Source of the DNA: Dehalococcoidia bacterium
Lineage (GTDB): Bacteria; Chloroflexota; Dehalococcoidia; UBA2979
NCBI GenBank assembly: GCA_050248355.1
Contig: JBFWSN010000002.1
Location: 210,743 to 274,742 of the forward strand
Length of the DNA stretch: 64,000 bases
Direction of reading: 5' to 3'
The number at the start of each line of letters is the position of its first letter. Position 1 is the stretch's first letter. The notes below the pieces were generated by a model. It made no database searches. It had not been told where the DNA came from and saw only the letters and a program-made list of their open reading frames with translations. Made by a program: the position numbers and the translations under genes. This document shows positions 1-9,390 of the stretch, one piece after another.

Positions 1-13
1 CGGCAACTTCACT

Positions 14-1396
14 GTGAATCACTACGCTCGGATCGAGGTGTACCGCGACGTCGTCCGAGTGCACTACGTGCTCGACTTTGCGGAAATCCCCTCCTTCGAG
101 GAGATGGGCGACATCGATCCGGACAGCAACGGCGCCACGGAGGACGAGCTAGTCGCGTGGGCAGCGCGGCGCGCGACCGCCGCGGCCGCCGACCTGAAGC
201 TGGCGATCGACGGAGTGCCGCTCACGCCGCGAGCGCTCCTGTACAGCGGCGCCAGTGCGCCGGGGCAGTCGAACCTGCCGGTCCTCCGGTTCGAAGCGGT
301 GTACGAGGCGGCAGTGCCGTCGAGCGTTGGCGCGGGCGACGAAGTCCCACTGGAATTCAGTGACACGCACATGGACGACCGACGCGGCTGGCGTGAGATT
401 GTGATCGCGCCGTCGGCCGGTGCGTCCGTCACCGTGCCGGCCGGTTACGAGGATCGCAGTTCGATGTTGCGCGCGTATCCAGCGACCAGCCTCGAAGATG
501 CGCCGGACGAGCGGGAGGTCGCCTTTCGATGGACGGCGCGAACGGGGACCGCGGGGCCCGCGCCTTCGCTGTCCGCTGAGGGACCGGCGGCCCGCGATCA
601 GGGTGGTTTTCCGGCTCTGGTTGCGCGCGATCAGTCGCCGCTGGTCTTGATCATGACTTTCATGGCGGCAGCGGGCTTCGGGATGGTGCACGCCCTGGGG
701 CCGGGGCACGGGAAGGCCGTTGTGGCGGCGTACCTCGTTGGCAGCCGGGGCACACCTCGGCACGCTGTTGGGCTGGGACTGACGGTGACAGCCACGCATA
801 CGGCGAGCGTCTACGCGCTCGGTATCGTCGCATTGACCGCCTCGCAATTCATCGTGCCGGAGCAGCTGTATCTATCCCTCAGCATCGTCTCGGGCGTCCT
901 GGTCACTGTGTTTGGGGCGACGCTCCTCGGACGGCGCGTACGGCAGCCAAGGCATCACGGCGAACACGTGCATGGCCCTGGAGGGGAGCACTCACACGGA
1001 AAGGACGCGGCGCATTCGCACGGGCACGCTCACACGCAATCGCAGGAAGGTGGAGCGTCATGGCGCAGCGTGCTGGCGCTGGGCGTGTTCGGGGGGCTGT
1101 TGCCGTGTCCCTCGGCGGTCGTCGTTATGCTGGCGGCGATTTCTGTGGGCGAGGTGTTGTTCGGCCTGCTGCTGATCGTGGCGTTCAGCGCCGGGCTGGC
1201 TGGGGTGCTGACCGGGCTCGGGTTGGCGGTAGTGATCGGTGGCCGCGTGACGGAACGCTTCCGAGAGCGTGGCGGCCGGACGCTCGACCGTCTGCGTCTC
1301 GTCCAGCGGGTCGTCTACCTCGGAAGCCCCGCGGCGATCATGCTGTTCGGCCTCGTCCTGACCATCAGAGCGTTGGGAGATCGCCCGCTCGGGTGA
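14..1396 (+). CDS. NicO/RcnA-family nickel/cobalt efflux transporter-like membrane protein with a roughly 200-aa N-terminal soluble domain. Frame is open to the window start, so the 5' end may lie upstream.
   Basis: C-terminal multi-TM region carries the LGPGHGK motif typical of the NicO/RcnA family. A His-rich loop (HHGEHVHGPGGEHSHGKDAAHSHGHAH) lies between TM blocks as in RcnA. No stop codon between position 2 and the first ATG. Confidence 0.5.
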   Translation: MNHYARIEVYRDVVRVHYVLDFAEIPSFEEMGDIDPDSNGATEDELVAWAARRATAAAADLKLAIDGVPLTPRALLYSGASAPGQSNLPVLRFEAVYEAAVPSSVGAGDEVPLEFSDTHMDDRRGWREIVIAPSAGASVTVPAGYEDRSSMLRAYPATSLEDAPDEREVAFRWTARTGTAGPAPSLSAEGPAARDQGGFPALVARDQSPLVLIMTFMAAAGFGMVHALGPGHGKAVVAAYLVGSRGTPRHAVGLGLTVTATHTASVYALGIVALTASQFIVPEQLYLSLSIVSGVLVTVFGATLLGRRVRQPRHHGEHVHGPGGEHSHGKDAAHSHGHAHTQSQEGGASWRSVLALGVFGGLLPCPSAVVVMLAAISVGEVLFGLLLIVAFSAGLAGVLTGLGLAVVIGGRVTERFRERGGRTLDRLRLVQRVVYLGSPAAIMLFGLVLTIRALGDRPLG

Positions 1397-1522
1397 GGCG
1401 TGTGGCCTTCGGACCGGGAGCCTGCGTCGAAAGGCGCTATGTAGTCTTGGCGGCGGCGGAGCAACAGCCTACAGTGGCGGCGAGCGGGTGCCGGCGCACC
1501 CACCGAATGGAACGGGGCGTGG

Positions 1523-1957
1523 ATGATGGCACCTCGATATGTTGGGCTGGCGGCGCTGGTGGCCGCGCTGGCCGTGTTCGCAGCGGGGGCGTCCGGCGCC
1601 CCGGCGTCGGCAGCTGGAACGCCCGGCGGCACTGCGGACGGGCGTTTCGTTGGCCAGACCGCGGACTACTGCGGGGTCGAGGGGTTTAACGTGCCCGACC
1701 GGACTCCGTTCTTCGACTTCACGGACGCCTGCCAGGGGCACGACGAGTGCTACGGGCTGAGCAGCAACTACGGGGACCGCTTGTTGTGCGACGTGCAGTT
1801 CCTGATCGACATGCGGGCGTCGTGTGAGGCGATGTGGCCGGTGAGCGGCCCCTGGGACCTGTCTCAGCATCGGAAGCGGCAGACGTGCAACTCGTACGCG
1901 CAGTTGTACTACGCAGGCGTACGCGTGGGCGGTCTGCTGAATCTGGGACCGGCCTAA
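1523..1957 (+). CDS. secreted prokaryotic-type phospholipase A2 (PF09056-like)
   Basis: N-terminal signal peptide (LAALVAALAVFAAGASGAPASAAG). Motif DYCGVEGFNVPDRTPFFDFTDACQGHDECYGLSSNY matches the D-x-C...F-x-F-x-x-AC-x-x-HD-x-x-Y-x-x-Y catalytic His-Asp core of Streptomyces violaceoruber PLA2. Additional conserved Cys residues allow disulfides. Confidence 0.55.
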   Translation: MMAPRYVGLAALVAALAVFAAGASGAPASAAGTPGGTADGRFVGQTADYCGVEGFNVPDRTPFFDFTDACQGHDECYGLSSNYGDRLLCDVQFLIDMRASCEAMWPVSGPWDLSQHRKRQTCNSYAQLYYAGVRVGGLLNLGPA

Positions 1958-1990
1958 CCGCGTCGACCAACCGACGGACCATCGCCGAGT

Positions 1991-3019
1991 TTAGAGGTGG
2001 GCGGGCCTCGCGAGGAGTTCTCTGAGCGCGGCGTCGACGAAGGCCTCATCCTCTGGGCTGCGGCCGCTGCGCCCTCCCGCCCCATGGCCGAGGACGGAGA
2101 CGATCGGCCGTAGCTCGGCGTGGGGCATGCAGGCGACCTCGTAGGCGTTGTCCTCGGACGGGAAGTAGAGGTCAGTGCTGCCGGGCATGACGATGGCCTC
2201 GGCCTCGATGGCGGCGAGGGCCTTCTCGAAGTCGCCGTCGAAGCGGGGGCCGGCGCTGATGTCGGCGTGCTGCCAGGTCCAGATCATTGAGAGCATGTCG
2301 TTGGCGTCGCGGTCGAGGCGGGGCTCCTCCCAGGCACGGACGAGGTAGTCCTCGAGGTCGGTGAAGCCGAGGGCCAGGTAGCGGCGCTCGCGGTAGAAGG
2401 CCTGGCTGAGCGCCCAACCGGCCCAGACGCGTCCCATCGCGCGCAGCCCGCGTTCGGGGCGCTCCTCGTAGTCGCCGTCCCTGAATGCGGGGTCGCAGGT
2501 GAGCGCCGCCTTCACGCCTTCGAGGAAGACGTAGTTGTGGACGGAGCAGCGGGCCGCTCCGCACGTGGGGAGGATCCGCTCGACCATCTCGGGGTGGTGG
2601 GCGCCCCAGTGGAAGGTCTGGAGCGCGCCCATCGAGGTGCCGGTCACGAGGGCCAGGCGCTCGATTCCAAGATGTTCGGTCAGGAGGCGGTGCTGAGCGC
2701 GCACCATGTCGTCGATGGTCATGTGGGGGAAGCGCGCGCGGTCGTGAGGCGACGGGGTGTTACTCGGTGACGACGAGAGGCCGTTGCCGAACATGTTCGG
2801 GACCACGATAAACCAGCGCTGCGGGTCGAGGGCGAGGCCTTCCTGGAAGAACGGCTCGCAGTCCATGTGGCGCTGGCCGTAGGCCGTCGGGAAGAGGACG
2901 ACGTTGTCATGGTTGGGCGCGAGGTTGCCGTAGGTCTTGTACGCCAGCCGCGCGTTCGGGAGTGTCTCGCCAGACTCGAGGGGCCAGTCACCGAGTTCGT
3001 ACACGTCGTAGTCGGTCAT
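1991..3019 (-). CDS. alpha/beta hydrolase of the homoserine O-acetyltransferase (MetX)-like family
   Basis: Start reset to the internal ATG (MTDYDVYELGD), which is preceded by AGGGAGGG. Nucleophile elbow GTSMG. Overall MetX-like length and motifs. Confidence 0.6.
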   Translation of the reverse strand: MTDYDVYELGDWPLESGETLPNARLAYKTYGNLAPNHDNVVLFPTAYGQRHMDCEPFFQEGLALDPQRWFIVVPNMFGNGLSSSPSNTPSPHDRARFPHMTIDDMVRAQHRLLTEHLGIERLALVTGTSMGALQTFHWGAHHPEMVERILPTCGAARCSVHNYVFLEGVKAALTCDPAFRDGDYEERPERGLRAMGRVWAGWALSQAFYRERRYLALGFTDLEDYLVRAWEEPRLDRDANDMLSMIWTWQHADISAGPRFDGDFEKALAAIEAEAIVMPGSTDLYFPSEDNAYEVACMPHAELRPIVSVLGHGAGGRSGRSPEDEAFVDAALRELLARPAHL

Positions 3020-3112
3020 CGTCGCCCTCCCTAGCGGCACGCGGGCAGAACGCGCCCACAGCGGGGGCAATCTAGCACAGACGTGGTGGGGCAGGTGGGA
3101 CGACCGCAGGCG

Positions 3113-3727
3113 TCAGATGTGCTTCGGTCGCGGGCCCTTCTGGAGTGGGGCAGGGCCGGGTCCGGCGATCTCGATGTGGAAGTCGCCCGTGAAGAGATCG
3201 AGCGCCCGGAACTCAAAACGGCCCGGTTGCAGGGTCAGCAGGCCGACGGTACCGAGGATGCGCGGGTACCCGTAGGGCATTGTCGGGCTGCCGGGGTTCA
3301 GGATCGTCGTGCCGGTGGAGAGGCCCCAGCCGAGGGGGATGTGCGTGTGGCCGCAGAGGGCGATGTCCACGCGGCGGCCGAAGACGCGACGGATCAGGTC
3401 CTCGGCGTACTCCTCGGGGCGGCCTTCGACCGTTTCGAGGTCGTGGGTGATGCCCAACTGGAAGCCCTCGAGTTCTAGGAGGTGCACGTCGGAGACGCGG
3501 GGGTCTTCGGGCACTCCGGGGCGGCGGTGCCAGGGGTGGAGGGTGTCGCCGTTGCCGCGGGCGGAGAAGACGGGGGCGATGCGCTCCAGGCGGTCGAGGA
3601 CCTCGAGGCTGTGCAGGTCGCCACAGTGGAGGATGAGATCGCTACCGGCGAGCGCGTCGTAGGCCTCGGGCGGGAGGTCGGGGCCCGCCTCGGGGACATG
3701 GGTGTCTGACACAACGCCGATGCGCAT
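3113..3727 (-). CDS. metallophosphoesterase (YfcE/MJ0936-like phosphodiesterase)
   Basis: MRIGVVSDTHV...GDLH...GNGD...GHTH metal-binding motifs. AGGAGG RBS upstream. Confidence 0.7.
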   Translation of the reverse strand: MRIGVVSDTHVPEAGPDLPPEAYDALAGSDLILHCGDLHSLEVLDRLERIAPVFSARGNGDTLHPWHRRPGVPEDPRVSDVHLLELEGFQLGITHDLETVEGRPEEYAEDLIRRVFGRRVDIALCGHTHIPLGWGLSTGTTILNPGSPTMPYGYPRILGTVGLLTLQPGRFEFRALDLFTGDFHIEIAGPGPAPLQKGPRPKHI

Positions 3728-3913
3728 CGGACCTCCTGGGACGCTGCTCCGTCATCGTAGCGGCGTCGAGTGTGGACGCGCACGCGGTGAAGGCGAAGGA
3801 GATTCCACACGAGATCGTTTCTGATCGCTAGAATCGCCGAGCCCTCCGAGCGGCGCGCCCCCGATCGCCTGCGATCGGCCGCAGCGAGGTCGATCAACGC
3901 GAGGAGGGGTCAG

Positions 3914-4552
3914 ATGATTGAGCAGACCGCAACGTCGGGGCGTCCAGGCCGGTTGCAGGTGACGGTGAGGAAGGCGACCACGGCGGACCTGCCGCGGCTC
4001 GTGGACACCATGGCGCGGGCGTTTGACGACGACCCGATCGCGAACTGGTTCGCGGCGCAGGACGAGCGGCGCGTGGAGCGCATCCACGACTTCATGCAGG
4101 TGGCGACGGAGAAGCTGACGTTCCCGCATGGGGAGGTGTACACCGCGGACGGGATCGAGGGCGGGGCGCTGTGGAACCCGCCGGAGACCTGGAAGATGGG
4201 GTTCCTGCAGCAGCTGGCGATGCTCCCAGCGTTCGTGCGGGTAGCGTCGCTCAAACGCCTGCCGACGATCATGAAGGGCCTCGGGGCGGTCGAGAAGGAG
4301 CATCCACACGAGCCGCACTACTACCTGCTCGCGCTCGGGGTGGAACCGGACCTGCAGGGGCGGAGCGTCGGAACGCAGCTGATGGCGCCGATCCTCGAGC
4401 GGTGCGACCGCGAGCGCTCGCCCGCGTATCTCGAGAGCTCGAAGGAGCGCAACGTGCCGCTGTACGAGCGGAACGGGTTCCGAGTCACGAAGGAGATGGT
4501 CGTCCCCGGGGGTGGGCCGAAGATCTGGCTGATGTGGCGGGACCCTCAGTAG
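3914..4552 (+). CDS. GNAT family N-acetyltransferase
   Basis: GNAT fold signature (LALGVEPDLQGRSVGTQLM...LYERNGF). GAGGAGGGG RBS. Confidence 0.65.
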   Translation: MIEQTATSGRPGRLQVTVRKATTADLPRLVDTMARAFDDDPIANWFAAQDERRVERIHDFMQVATEKLTFPHGEVYTADGIEGGALWNPPETWKMGFLQQLAMLPAFVRVASLKRLPTIMKGLGAVEKEHPHEPHYYLLALGVEPDLQGRSVGTQLMAPILERCDRERSPAYLESSKERNVPLYERNGFRVTKEMVVPGGGPKIWLMWRDPQ

Positions 4553-4649
4553 GGGTGGGCCCGCGGGTCGTTGACACCGGCGAGGGGCGGCAGTACAACC
4601 CGCCCCAAACGAGGCCGTCGGCCGCAGGTGTCCGAAGGGGGACCCACGC

Positions 4650-5582
4650 ATGCCCGAGTACGAGAACGTCATCTACGAGACGCTGGATGACGGCGCCATA
4701 GCCCGAATCTGGCTGAACCGACCCGAGTTCCGGAACGCACAGAGCTTCCCGCTGCTCGATGACCTGAACGACGCGTTCCTGACCGCGGAGATGGACGACA
4801 AGGTGAAGGTCGTCATCCTCGCGGGGAAGGGCACCTCGTTCTCCTCGGGGCACGACATGGGGACGCCGGGGCAGCGGTTCGAGGAGTCTCGCTTCGGGGC
4901 GACCGAGGGGACGCATCTGCGCTGGAACCGGGAGTGGGAACGGTTCTTCTTCTACCAGCAGCGGTGGCGTGACCTGCGCAAGACCACGGTGGCGCAGGTG
5001 CACGGGCCGTGCATCGCCGCGGGGATGATGCTGGCGTGGGTGTGTGACCTCATCGTGTGCGCTGACGACACCATCTTCGCGGAAGTGGTGGGACCGCGGC
5101 TGAACATGTGCGGCGTCGAGTGGGTGTCGCACCCGTGGGAGTTCGGGACGCGGCGCGCCAAGGAGATGATGCTGCTCGGTGACTTCATCGACGCGCAGGA
5201 GGCGCACCGCCTCGGCATGGTGAACCGCATCTTCGCGGCGGACCGCCTCGAGGAGGAGACGCTGCAGTACGCGCGGCGCATCGCGCGGCTGCCGATGGCG
5301 ACCGCGCTGATGATCAAAGAGACGATCAACCAGACGCAGGACATCCAGGGCTACACGAACGCCCTCAAGGCGTCGTTCTCGATCCACCAGATGAACCACG
5401 CGCACTGGGCCGAGGCAGGCCCGATGCGGCCGGCGGCGCTGCCCTCAGCGGCGGGCCAGATCCGGCCCGGCATCCAGGGGCTGGGGTTCGAGCCGCTGCG
5501 GCCGTTCGACGTCACCTCGCCGGGGTATAACGACGACCTCGACCGCATCCCGGCGGCGCGCGAGACGCCGGCGACCTCGTAG
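4650..5582 (+). CDS. enoyl-CoA hydratase/isomerase (crotonase) family protein
   Basis: Crotonase fold motifs (VVILAGKGTSFSSGHD, oxyanion-hole region, GPCIAAGMMLAWVCDL). GAAGGGGGA RBS. Confidence 0.75.
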   Translation: MPEYENVIYETLDDGAIARIWLNRPEFRNAQSFPLLDDLNDAFLTAEMDDKVKVVILAGKGTSFSSGHDMGTPGQRFEESRFGATEGTHLRWNREWERFFFYQQRWRDLRKTTVAQVHGPCIAAGMMLAWVCDLIVCADDTIFAEVVGPRLNMCGVEWVSHPWEFGTRRAKEMMLLGDFIDAQEAHRLGMVNRIFAADRLEEETLQYARRIARLPMATALMIKETINQTQDIQGYTNALKASFSIHQMNHAHWAEAGPMRPAALPSAAGQIRPGIQGLGFEPLRPFDVTSPGYNDDLDRIPAARETPATS

Positions 5583-5634
5583 TCTCGCGGGTTCCGTTGG
5601 CGCGGGTGGGCGGGTCTCCTCGCCCACCCGCGTT

Positions 5635-6930
5635 TCACGCCAAGGCGTCTTCGAGAGCGATGGCGGCAGCAAGTGCGGTGTGGTCTTCCCATGGGCGAGC
5701 GGCGAGCTGGACGCCGATGGGAAGGCCGTCGGGGGAACGGCCGAAGGGGACGACGGCCGCGGGCTGCCTCGTCAGACTGTAAGGCAGCGTGTACGCGTAC
5801 TGCTCGCGGCCCCAACCCTCGAGGGGCGGGGCCGGCGTGGCCGCGACCGGCGACAGCAGCACGTCGACGTCACGCATGAATGCGAGCATGTCGCGAGTGA
5901 GCCGCTCCCACTCGAAGAGGAGGCGGTCGACCGCCTCGGCGTCGCGAGCAGACGGGAGGGCTGGCCGCCACTCGGAGAACGAAGTTGACTGGAGGCGCGC
6001 CCAGTAGCCCTCGGTGATCGCGAAGGCCTCGTCGAGGCGTGGGGGAGCAACTTCGCGGACATGTGCGCCGGCGGCGGCAAGGGTGCGCGCCGCCGCCTCG
6101 ACCGTGGCGACCGTTGCCGGGTCGGGTTCGGCGCCACGGAAAGCGACGAACCAGCCGACGCGGAGGGCGCGGAAGTCGACGGCATCGACCGGCTGCAGGG
6201 GGACGGGTATCGCGCCGGGGTCGACGCCATCGGGGCCGGCGATGACCTCGAGTGTCAGCGCGATGTCGCGGGCGGAGCGGGCGATCGGGCCGATGGTCGT
6301 GCGCGGGTCGCTCAGGTGGCCGATGCGGGGGAAGTGACCGGTGTTGGGGACAAGGCCGGTCGTGGGCTTGAGGGCAACGACGCCGCAGCAGTGAGCGGGC
6401 CAGCGGATGCTCCCGCCGGAGTCGCTCGCGAGCCCGAGCGGGGCCATGCCCGCCGCGACCGCGATGGCGTCGCCGCTGCTGCTCGCGCCCGGCGTGCGGG
6501 CGGGGTGGGTCGGGTGCCTCGGCGGCGGGTACACAGGCGCGCCGTCGCCGACGTTCGTCTTGCCGAGGAGGACCGCACCCGCTTCGCGGAGGCGGGCGAC
6601 CGCGGTCGCGTCGCGCTTCGGGACGTAGCTCGCGCGCTCCGGAAGCCCTGCCGCGCAGACGAGGTCGTTGGTCTCGATCCAGTCCTTTGCCGTGAACGGG
6701 ATGCCATAGAGCGGCATCGCCTCGCGCTCGCGGGCGCTGAGCTGTTCGAGGCGGCGGGCGTCCTCGATGGCGTGGTCGGAGCGCTGGACGAGCGCGTGGA
6801 GGTCCGGGTTCAGCGCATCGATGCGGGCGAGGTGCGCGGAGACGACCTCGACGGGGGAGACCTCGCCGGCGCGGAGCATCGCGGCGAGGCGATGCAGCGG
6901 CAGTACGCAAAGTTCGTCGACCGGCGGCAT
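5635..6930 (-). CDS. amidase (amidase-signature family, GatA-like)
   Basis: GGSSSGDAIAVAAGMAPLGLASDSGGSIRWPA amidase-signature Ser-cisSer-Lys motif. Start placed at MPPVDELCV. The 772-aa six-frame ORF is an antisense over-extension across the epimerase gene. Confidence 0.75.
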   Translation of the reverse strand: MPPVDELCVLPLHRLAAMLRAGEVSPVEVVSAHLARIDALNPDLHALVQRSDHAIEDARRLEQLSAREREAMPLYGIPFTAKDWIETNDLVCAAGLPERASYVPKRDATAVARLREAGAVLLGKTNVGDGAPVYPPPRHPTHPARTPGASSSGDAIAVAAGMAPLGLASDSGGSIRWPAHCCGVVALKPTTGLVPNTGHFPRIGHLSDPRTTIGPIARSARDIALTLEVIAGPDGVDPGAIPVPLQPVDAVDFRALRVGWFVAFRGAEPDPATVATVEAAARTLAAAGAHVREVAPPRLDEAFAITEGYWARLQSTSFSEWRPALPSARDAEAVDRLLFEWERLTRDMLAFMRDVDVLLSPVAATPAPPLEGWGREQYAYTLPYSLTRQPAAVVPFGRSPDGLPIGVQLAARPWEDHTALAAAIALEDALA

Positions 6931-7017
6931 GGGGGCAGTATGCGCTCCGCGAGCGGGCGTCTGGCATCGGCGGCGAACGCCTGTGATAGAGTCGGCGCGC
7001 GATCGAGGAGGCCGACG

Positions 7018-8094
7018 ATGCGGGTACTCGTGATGGGCGGGACGCGGTTCAACGGGCTGGCACTCGTCCGAGAGCTGGCGAAACACGGACACGACGTAAC
7101 GGTCCTCAACCGGGGTCAGACACCCGTCGACCTGCCTCGAGGGGTGCGGCGGCTTATCGGCGACCGCACCGATCACCAACGGCTGAAGGAGGTGCTGCGC
7201 CACGAGGAGTTCGACGTGGTGCAGGACATCAACGGCTACTCGGTCGCCGACGTGCAGCCGATGATCGAGTTGTTCCGCGGGCGCGTGGCGCACTACGTCT
7301 TCGCCAGCTCGACGGTGATCTACGCGCCGTCGCAGGTGCTGCCGATGCATGAGTCGGCGCCAGTCGACCGCGGACCTCGGCAGTCCGAGTACGGGATGAA
7401 CAAGTTGCTCGTCGAGGACCTGCTGTTCGCGGAGCACCGGGCGAGCGGGTTTCCGGCCACGACGGTGGCGTTCTCGATGGTGTTTGGGCCAAACAACATC
7501 ATCCCGGAACGGGAGCAGCGGATGTTCAGCCGTCTCCTGGCGGGGCGTCCGGTGCTGATCCCGGGCGATGGGACGACGCTCGGGCAGGTGGGCCATGTGG
7601 ACGACGAAGCGCGCGCGCTGCGAATGGTGATGTGCCAGCCGCAGACGTTCGGGAAGCGCTACAACCTCACCGGCAAGGAGTACTACAGCGACGAGGGATA
7701 CGTGGACACGTTCGCGGAGATCGTGGGCGTCACGCCTCGCAAGGTCCACATCCCGCCGGCGTTGATGGACGACATCTATGGCGACCGGATCTCGTTGGAG
7801 GGGAGCACGATCGCGTCGAGCATCGAGACGCGGACGGCGCCGCCGCGATCGGGGTCGAATCTCGGGATGGTGCAGAGCCTCATCCAGCGGCTTGCGCCGA
7901 ACCTGCACCACTGGAACCGGAGCGTGCTGTTCGGTATCGACCGGTTGCGGCAAGACGTGGGCTGGGAACCGGAGTATACGTTCGCGTCGATGGTCGAGCA
8001 GACGTACGAGTGGTATCGCCGTGAGGGCCTCAACGAGTCGCGGCAGTTCGACTTCGGCTGGGAGGACCGGCTGATCGAACGCCTCGGGGGGTGA
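7018..8094 (+). CDS. NAD-dependent epimerase/dehydratase (extended SDR) family protein
   Basis: MRVLVMGGTRFNG Rossmann motif. Start at ATG 7018 preceded by GAGGAGG. The upstream part of the 677-aa track ORF is a spurious antisense extension. Confidence 0.7.
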   Translation: MRVLVMGGTRFNGLALVRELAKHGHDVTVLNRGQTPVDLPRGVRRLIGDRTDHQRLKEVLRHEEFDVVQDINGYSVADVQPMIELFRGRVAHYVFASSTVIYAPSQVLPMHESAPVDRGPRQSEYGMNKLLVEDLLFAEHRASGFPATTVAFSMVFGPNNIIPEREQRMFSRLLAGRPVLIPGDGTTLGQVGHVDDEARALRMVMCQPQTFGKRYNLTGKEYYSDEGYVDTFAEIVGVTPRKVHIPPALMDDIYGDRISLEGSTIASSIETRTAPPRSGSNLGMVQSLIQRLAPNLHHWNRSVLFGIDRLRQDVGWEPEYTFASMVEQTYEWYRREGLNESRQFDFGWEDRLIERLGG

Positions 8095-8118
8095 GCCAGA
8101 GGCGTCCGAGCACGCAGT

Positions 8119-9390
8119 TCAGACAATGCCGTCCGCGCGGAGGCGTTCCAGTTCGCCGGGGGTGACGCCGGCCTCGGTGAGCACCTCGGTGGTGTGCTCG
8201 CCGACGAGCGGCGGGCGCCGCGAGATCACCCATGGCGAAGCCGCGAAGCCGTATGGTGCGCCGGGGTAGCGGTAGGTCTGCCCAAGCTCGGGGTGCTCGA
8301 CGGGAACCTGGAAGCCGCGCGCGACGAAGTGCGGATCCTCGAACACCTCGTCGGGGGAGTAGATGATGCCGCATTGGAAGCCGCGGGACTGCGTGCCGAC
8401 GAAGAAGTCGTAGGAGTCGATCTGCTGCGCGATGAAGTTGAGGGCGTCGCGGACGGCGCCGTAGATGGCGGCCTCCTCGCCGCCCTCGGCCACGGCCGCG
8501 ATGGTGATGTTGCGGTCGAGGTTCGCGCCAGCCTCGAGGAGTGGCCAATCGGTGAACGCCTCGCGCAGGCCCAGCTCGTCGAGCCACGCGAGGATAGACG
8601 CGATCTCGCGGGGCCGCCTCGGGGCGACGCCGGTGGTCACGTACCGGCCGTCCTTCGCTAGGATTTGCAGTGGCGACGATGGGACGACGGTGGCGTGGCG
8701 GCCGGTCTGGCGCTGGACGGTCTGGCGCGCGACGAGCCAGGTGTACGAGGACGCCTCGGTGGTGACGTTGGCGCCAGCGTGCATGTTGACGTCGACGTGC
8801 TGGCCTTCGCCGGTCCAGTCGCGGTGCAGGACGGCGACGAGCGCCGCGGCGACGGCCCAGTGGCAGGCGGTCTGGTAACCCTGGTTGCCCAGGCCGCGGA
8901 CGGGGGGCAGTGAGTGGTCGTCATAGCCGTTCGACCATTCGGGGCCGCCGGCGAGGACAGTGAGGTCGGTAGCGACCCAGTCGGACTTCGGGCCACTGCG
9001 GCCATACGGTGTGATCGACACCATGATCAACCCCGGGTTCGACTTCGAGAAGTCGGGGTAGTCAAGGCCGAGCTCGGCCATCCGACCGGGAGCCTGATCC
9101 TCGAGGACGATGGCGGCGCCCGCGGCGAGGCGACGGAACACCTCGCGGCCGGCTTCCTGGTCGAGGTCGAGCGTGATCGCGCGCTTGCTCGTGTTGTTGT
9201 GCCAGAAGGCGAGGCTGCGGTCGGGATGCGGCTCGTCGCCGAGGAACGGCGGGTAGCGGCGAACCTGGCTGCCGCCGGGCGGCTCGACTTTCACGACGTC
9301 AGCGCCCATGTCGGCGAAGAGCTTGCCGGCCCACGCGCCCGGCTCGTCACAGTATTCGATCACGCGAAGGTCGGTCAGCGGCCCGGTCAT
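8119..9390 (-). CDS. CoA-transferase family III (CaiB/BaiF) protein
   Basis: LRVIEYCDEPGAWAGKLFADMGADVVKVEPPGG N-terminal CoA-transferase III signature. Start codon overlaps the stop of the upstream paralog (ATGA). Confidence 0.75.
   Translation of the reverse strand: MTGPLTDLRVIEYCDEPGAWAGKLFADMGADVVKVEPPGGSQVRRYPPFLGDEPHPDRSLAFWHNNTSKRAITLDLDQEAGREVFRRLAAGAAIVLEDQAPGRMAELGLDYPDFSKSNPGLIMVSITPYGRSGPKSDWVATDLTVLAGGPEWSNGYDDHSLPPVRGLGNQGYQTACHWAVAAALVAVLHRDWTGEGQHVDVNMHAGANVTTEASSYTWLVARQTVQRQTGRHATVVPSSPLQILAKDGRYVTTGVAPRRPREIASILAWLDELGLREAFTDWPLLEAGANLDRNITIAAVAEGGEEAAIYGAVRDALNFIAQQIDSYDFFVGTQSRGFQCGIIYSPDEVFEDPHFVARGFQVPVEHPELGQTYRYPGAPYGFAASPWVISRRPPLVGEHTTEVLTEAGVTPGELERLRADGIV

Noticed and set aside
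149-847. 232-aa minus-strand ORF and other Arg/Pro-rich ORFs overlapping the 14-1396 gene
   Set aside because: Antisense to a well-supported gene. Arg/Pro/Gly-rich composition is typical of off-frame high-GC DNA. No RBS.
3752-5405. Two 306-aa minus-strand ORFs (3752-4672, 4485-5405)
   Set aside because: Antisense to the GNAT and crotonase genes. Low-complexity R/P/H-rich products.
5870-6967. 365-aa minus-strand ORF, plus the upstream two-thirds of the 772-aa (5635-7953) and 677-aa (6061-8094) track ORFs
   Set aside because: Off-frame or antisense to the amidase and epimerase genes. The real genes start at internal ATGs with good RBS. The extensions are GC-driven open frames.
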